Shown here: positions 60,051-64,000 of the stretch, piece after piece
How positions within the stretch are numbered: the first letter of the stretch is position 1
How the letters are laid out: each line of letters starts with the position of its first letter
Assembly (NCBI GenBank): GCA_033763845.1
Contig: JANRJR010000076.1
Coordinates: forward strand, 4,022 to 68,021
Length of the DNA stretch: 64,000 nt
From: Gammaproteobacteria bacterium
GTDB lineage: Bacteria; Pseudomonadota; Gammaproteobacteria; DASZBR01
Reading direction: 5' to 3'
Position numbers and translations under genes: made by a program
Notes under the pieces: generated by a model
Told to the model about the DNA's origin: nothing
Databases searched by the model: none
The model's input: the letters and a program-made list of their open reading frames with translations, nothing else

Positions 60051-62522
60051 CTATAATTGCGCGAAGTTATTTTTATAGCCTGGAATATTTCCGGTGATTA
60101 ATCCTGTCGGATCATTCGTTGCAACCTTTGCTAATCCTTTAAACACTAACTGAATGTAAACACCTGTCGTAAATTGTGGGTTACCAAACGAATCTAATCC
60201 ATCATAATTTCTTGCCAAAACCGTCTGAATGGCCCAACAACAACTGTCGTATTGTACGCCGGAAAAATACGAGAGTGAATGATTTTGATTCCAACTGTAA
60301 CTCCAGCTTCCAACAAAATTCAAATGCTCAGATAATGGCCACACGATCGAAGCTGTCGGTTCACTTAAATTATATTTACTGCTTAACGCTGAAGCGGGAA
60401 GATTTATTTGAGAAGTCTGTCCGGGCAATAAAAAGAAATCACCGTAACGCACATAACTGTAACCCACATTTACCACGTGATTTTGAGCAGGGTTATATTG
60501 AAAATTCACTAACGTATTTTGCGCTTGCGCAACATTAGGATCCCACGCCGCACCTACCGATGCATTCCAAGTCGGATTAAAATGATACGTAGCTTGTCCA
60601 ACCAACGGTGACGTCGAAGCGGTCGGTGATGTACTTCCGACTGAATAGGCCGGATCCGTACATCCACTGGTTTGACATAATGTCACCTGACGATTTTCAA
60701 AATATTTAATAATACCCACGCCCGCTGTAAATTTTTCTTGCCCTGTTTTTTTATTATAAAAGTGCGTTGACAACGCCAAACTTAATTGATTCGCATCGCC
60801 AATACGATCGCTGCCACTAAATCGATTTGTCAAAAATAATTGATTAAACGTAAACGGTTGAATACTGCTATCAAAAATAGGAATTTCATGTTGATCACGA
60901 TACGGTACATATAAATAAAATAAACGCGGCTCTAATGTTTGGTTATAATCTGAACCGAATAAATGCGCATTTCGCTCAAACATTAAACCCGTATCAATAT
61001 CTACAATCGGAACCGTTCGGGTAATTTGATTTTCAAATCCTGGAGATTGATCGCCAATATCATATCGCGTCATTTCAAATTGAATGGATGGCGTAAAATA
61101 TCCTTTGCTGTCGACTAACGGTAATTTCAATCCTGGTAAAAAATTAAATCGTTTTCCGGAGGGTGGAATCATTGTCGAACCCGGATTTGGTAATTCCGTA
61201 AAATTTACAAATTCCACTAACCATGACGGTGATAAAGTATTGGCATCTTGGGGTAAATAACTGGTAAATAACAATTGAGGCAACATACTGTATTGATTCA
61301 GCACTAAGGCTTGGTCAACCGGGTGCAAGGTTTGATACGCTTGAAGGTTCGCTAAAAATTGCCACGTCTGCGCTTTATACGTCACTTGTCCTTGTTGTAA
61401 TAATTGATTTTGAGCAACCCCTGGAACTCCACCAATATCGTTTAAAAAATAATCGTCGCTCACGCGTGAATAATTAAGACTCCCACCCCATTGTTTATTC
61501 CACTGCGTTGAATCTTGCCATGCAAAAGACGTTCGGGTTGAACTGTATTGCGGCAAATAGGCTAAACCTGGCGTACCCGGAGGAGCATCCAATCCTTCTC
61601 CGCTTTGAAATTGTCGAAATTCCCAATCGTTAGGCAAAACATTGATATTAATATTGCCTTTACTACTTGGCGTTAAATATTGAAAATAGTTATTAATTAA
61701 AAATCCCCGCTTCGCATAATAATAGGGCGTAATCGTATCATCATAATTCGGCGCCATATTCCAATAAAATGGTAAGCCTATTCCGAACCCTGATGTTCCA
61801 CCAAAACTTAATTGCGGGTATAAAAATCCGGATTGTCGTTCATCATTAATCGGAAATCCCATGTAGGGAATATAAAAAACTGGAACATGATGCGTTATGA
61901 ATACCGTGTTATACGCCGTTCCACGTCCAGAATCTTGATTTAAATACATGGTATTTGCATACATTTCCCACGCACGACTTTGTGGTGGACATGTAGAATA
62001 CGTCACGTTTTTTAATACCGTAATACCATCAGGCGGTTGTGTTGCTTTGGATGCACTGCCCCAGGCGCTTAACCATTTACCAATTAAAATACGGTAAATC
62101 ATATTCGAGAAACTATACTGGTTATTTTTTAAATCCAAATCCGCTTCCTTTCCAATGGCGATTTTATTTTTTTCGCGAATCATGACATTGCCTTTTAGAG
62201 TAGCTGTTCTATAGTCACCATTGACGGTTGTTAAGCTGACTTGATTGGCGTGAATAATTCGACCCGGTTGTTGAACAGTCACGGGGCCTGAAAGCGTTGA
62301 AACACCGTTATATTTTAATTCACCGGCATTAGCGGTAATGGTAACGGGTTGCGATCGCAAGGATGCTTGAGAATCTTTTACAGCAGGTAACGCTTTTTCC
62401 GAAAAAGTTCCACCGCAGACATTATCTGAAGGAATCCAACCCAATGCTTTCGCGTCATCCATTTGCGAACGGGCAAGCGCAGCGCTGCTTATTCCTGTTA
62501 ATATTACAGTTAAAATTGTCAT
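60051..62522 (-). CDS. lptD: LPS-assembly outer-membrane protein LptD
   Basis: ~820-aa beta-barrel with an OstA N-domain. Start is set at the ATG giving signal peptide MTILTVILTGISSAALA. The ORF track starts 34 codons upstream and would then include two copies of the 11-nt direct repeat in coding sequence. Coordinates are ±1 nt, because I could not fully reconcile the printed sequence and the ORF track here. Confidence 0.8.
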   Translation of the reverse strand: MTILTVILTGISSAALARSQMDDAKALGWIPSDNVCGGTFSEKALPAVKDSQASLRSQPVTITANAGELKYNGVSTLSGPVTVQQPGRIIHANQVSLTTVNGDYRTATLKGNVMIREKNKIAIGKEADLDLKNNQYSFSNMIYRILIGKWLSAWGSASKATQPPDGITVLKNVTYSTCPPQSRAWEMYANTMYLNQDSGRGTAYNTVFITHHVPVFYIPYMGFPINDERQSGFLYPQLSFGGTSGFGIGLPFYWNMAPNYDDTITPYYYAKRGFLINNYFQYLTPSSKGNININVLPNDWEFRQFQSGEGLDAPPGTPGLAYLPQYSSTRTSFAWQDSTQWNKQWGGSLNYSRVSDDYFLNDIGGVPGVAQNQLLQQGQVTYKAQTWQFLANLQAYQTLHPVDQALVLNQYSMLPQLLFTSYLPQDANTLSPSWLVEFVNFTELPNPGSTMIPPSGKRFNFLPGLKLPLVDSKGYFTPSIQFEMTRYDIGDQSPGFENQITRTVPIVDIDTGLMFERNAHLFGSDYNQTLEPRLFYLYVPYRDQHEIPIFDSSIQPFTFNQLFLTNRFSGSDRIGDANQLSLALSTHFYNKKTGQEKFTAGVGIIKYFENRQVTLCQTSGCTDPAYSVGSTSPTASTSPLVGQATYHFNPTWNASVGAAWDPNVAQAQNTLVNFQYNPAQNHVVNVGYSYVRYGDFFLLPGQTSQINLPASALSSKYNLSEPTASIVWPLSEHLNFVGSWSYSWNQNHSLSYFSGVQYDSCCWAIQTVLARNYDGLDSFGNPQFTTGVYIQLVFKGLAKVATNDPTGLITGNIPGYKNNFAQL

Positions 62523-62566
62523 CCTGAGAGGAATTTTTGTCATCCTGAGCGCAGCGAAGGATCTGG
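62517..62566 (+). repeat. dispersed repeat copy B (GTCATCCTGAGCGCAGCGAAGGATCT) preceded by a tandem half-copy (TGTCATCCTGAG x2, 22-nt period)
   Basis: Seen directly in the lptD / kinase divergent region. Inverted relative to copy A at 48126-48151. Confidence 0.55.
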
Positions 62567-62630
62567 TTTTACTCTTCATCAATAATCCGAATATATCCCG
62601 TTCAAAAAAACAGTAAAATCGCATACAATC

Positions 62631-63620
62631 GTGTTTGATTCAATCGGCGACCAAACAAAAATGCAATTATTACTCGACTGGCTTAAAACACAACTGCCTC
62701 ATACGGAATTAACACTGCATCCTCTGAAAGGCGATGCAAGTTTTCGCCGTTACTTCAGAGTGGTCACTCCAACAGAAACGTATGTCGCCGTCACATCACC
62801 ACCCGAAACCGAAAACAACGAGGCTTTTATTAAAGTATCTCAAGCGTATTTGGCATTAGGATTATGTGTTCCAAAAGTTTATGCTCACGATCTTCAACAG
62901 GGACTTTTATTATTATCTGATTTTGGCGATGAAGTCTTATTCCAAAAACTCTCACCTGAAAATTCAGATACTTATTATAAAAAAGCTTTAATAGAGCTGG
63001 GTAAAATTCAAACTTGCTCACTGGACTTGCCGCATTTCGATGCTCATTTTATGGGGATAGAATTAAAAAATTTCGAAGACTGGTTATTAGACAAGCATCT
63101 TAATATCAAATTTACGCCCGTCACAAAAAAACTTATCCAAAAAGCGTTTGATTTATTATTACACTCAGCAACACAACAGCCACAGTGTTCGATTCACCGG
63201 GATTATCACTCACGTAATTTAATGGTCTTGGCCAACAATCAGATTGGCATTTTAGATTTCCAAGATGCGATGCACGGACCCATCACTTACGATGTAGTCT
63301 CGTTAATTCGGGATTGTTACATTGATTGGCCGCCGGATTCGGTAAGAACGTGGGCATTGTTTTTCCATCAAGAATTTTTGAAATCGAAATTACCCAGCGA
63401 AGAAGAATTTTTACGGTATTTAGATTTAATGGGCATTCAACGCCATTTAAAAGCGAGTTTTATTTTTGCACGTAAACATCATCGCGATAACGTAGATCAT
63501 TACTTGAAAGATATTCCGCGAACGTTGAATTATGTAGTCAACGTAAGCAATAATTATACAGAATTAAAGGATTTTCATAATTTCATAGGGGAAATAACAC
63601 AATATCTATGTTGTAATTAA
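62631..63620 (+). CDS. aminoglycoside-phosphotransferase-fold kinase (AmgK-like anhydro/N-acetylmuramate kinase family)
   Basis: APH-fold motifs (GDASFRRYFRV; HRDYHSRNLMV; ILDFQDA). Divergent from lptD, as AmgK is in Pseudomonas. GTG start. Confidence 0.5.
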   Translation: MFDSIGDQTKMQLLLDWLKTQLPHTELTLHPLKGDASFRRYFRVVTPTETYVAVTSPPETENNEAFIKVSQAYLALGLCVPKVYAHDLQQGLLLLSDFGDEVLFQKLSPENSDTYYKKALIELGKIQTCSLDLPHFDAHFMGIELKNFEDWLLDKHLNIKFTPVTKKLIQKAFDLLLHSATQQPQCSIHRDYHSRNLMVLANNQIGILDFQDAMHGPITYDVVSLIRDCYIDWPPDSVRTWALFFHQEFLKSKLPSEEEFLRYLDLMGIQRHLKASFIFARKHHRDNVDHYLKDIPRTLNYVVNVSNNYTELKDFHNFIGEITQYLCCN

Positions 63621-63662
63621 AACCGAAACACTTTATAGTAATTTATCTAATAAGGCCAAGAT

Positions 63663-63866
63663 ATGAATGGAAAAGAGATAATAAGATTACTTGAGGAAGC
63701 AGGCTGGAAACACACTCACACACGAGACAGCCATTACAAAATGGAAAAGAAACATCATCGCTCAGTTCCAGTGCCAGTTCATGGCAAAAGAGATTTGGGC
63801 ATCGGCCTTATCAAAGCAATAGAAAAGCAAACGGGCGTTAAACTTTTGGGAAATAAAACGAAATGA
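63663..63866 (+). CDS. hicA: type II toxin HicA (mRNA interferase)
   Basis: 67 aa: LLEEAGWKHTHTRDSHYKMEKKH...VPVHGKRDLGIGLIKAIEKQTGV matches the HicA/YcfA fold. Confidence 0.65.
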   Translation: MNGKEIIRLLEEAGWKHTHTRDSHYKMEKKHHRSVPVPVHGKRDLGIGLIKAIEKQTGVKLLGNKTK

Positions 63867-64000
63867 AAAAAACAATTCAGCTTATGTATGGCGCAAAAAT
63901 TAAACATGACGGAAAAGGCTATCTTGTAACCTTTCGAGACATCGAAAATGCATTCACGGATGGCGAAACATTTGAAGAAGCAATTTTTAATGCACGTGAA
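63863..64000 (+). CDS. hicB: antitoxin HicB, N-terminal part (truncated by window end)
   Basis: Overlapping ATGA start with hicA. MKKTIQLMYGAKIKHDGKGYLVTFRDIENAFTDGETFEEAIFNA matches the HicB N-domain. Confidence 0.5.
   Translation, partial: MKKTIQLMYGAKIKHDGKGYLVTFRDIENAFTDGETFEEAIFNARE

Noticed and set aside
1-64000. Species-level assignment (for example Coxiella burnetii)
   Set aside because: Dot/Icm synteny and composition indicate Legionellales, but I cannot verify identity without a database search. In the Coxiella arrangement as I recall it, icmO/icmP sit directly upstream of icmN, which is not the case here. Left at order level.
1-64000. Searched for transposases, integrases, IS inverted repeats and rRNA genes
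   Set aside because: None recognised. The accessory block appears to lack its own mobility genes within this window.

Overview
AT-rich window that looks like a gamma-proteobacterium of the order Legionellales (Coxiella/Rickettsiella/Legionella-like). This is judged from gene content and synteny only; no database search was possible.

Three regions stand out.

(1) Positions ~1-13,800 form an accessory block that ends at a tRNA-Pro gene. It carries eukaryotic-like or otherwise unusual proteins: a partial ORF with an F-box-like motif, a Nudix hydrolase, a divergent NDK-like protein, a fused Gfo/Idh/MocA oxidoreductase and DegT aminotransferase, a GST-like protein, and a Rab/Ras-like small GTPase. 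Next to the GTPase is a 670-aa pseudo-GTPase/coiled-coil paralog that shares a ~170-aa C-terminal domain with it. The block also holds a YgjP-like metallohydrolase, a thioredoxin-like ferredoxin, two tandem paralogous multi-TM proteins, a 240-aa hypothetical and a solitary Hfq-like Sm protein. I read these as candidate Dot/Icm effectors or cargo.

(2) Positions 19,770-30,232 hold a Dot/Icm type IVB secretion core segment on the minus strand, in Legionella region-II order: icmN-icmM-icmL-icmK-icmE-icmG-icmC-icmD-icmJ-icmB. It lies between the conserved lepA-lepB-rnc-era-recO-pdxJ cluster and the rlmE-ftsH-glmM cluster.

(3) Positions 30,279-64,000 are mostly housekeeping: lepA operon, icd, a LysR regulator, two photolyase-family genes, suhB, secDF-yajC, uvrB, the suf operon, lipid acyltransferases, prs, tRNA-Gln, lolB, tRNA-Leu, lptD, and an AmgK-like kinase. 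A hicAB toxin-antitoxin pair is cut by the window edge.

Non-coding oddities are a 26-nt dispersed repeat at 48.1 kb and 62.5 kb, a GC-rich cluster of three hairpins upstream of lepA, and tandem 15-aa repeats inside icmE. No CRISPR array, rRNA, transposase or integrase was seen.
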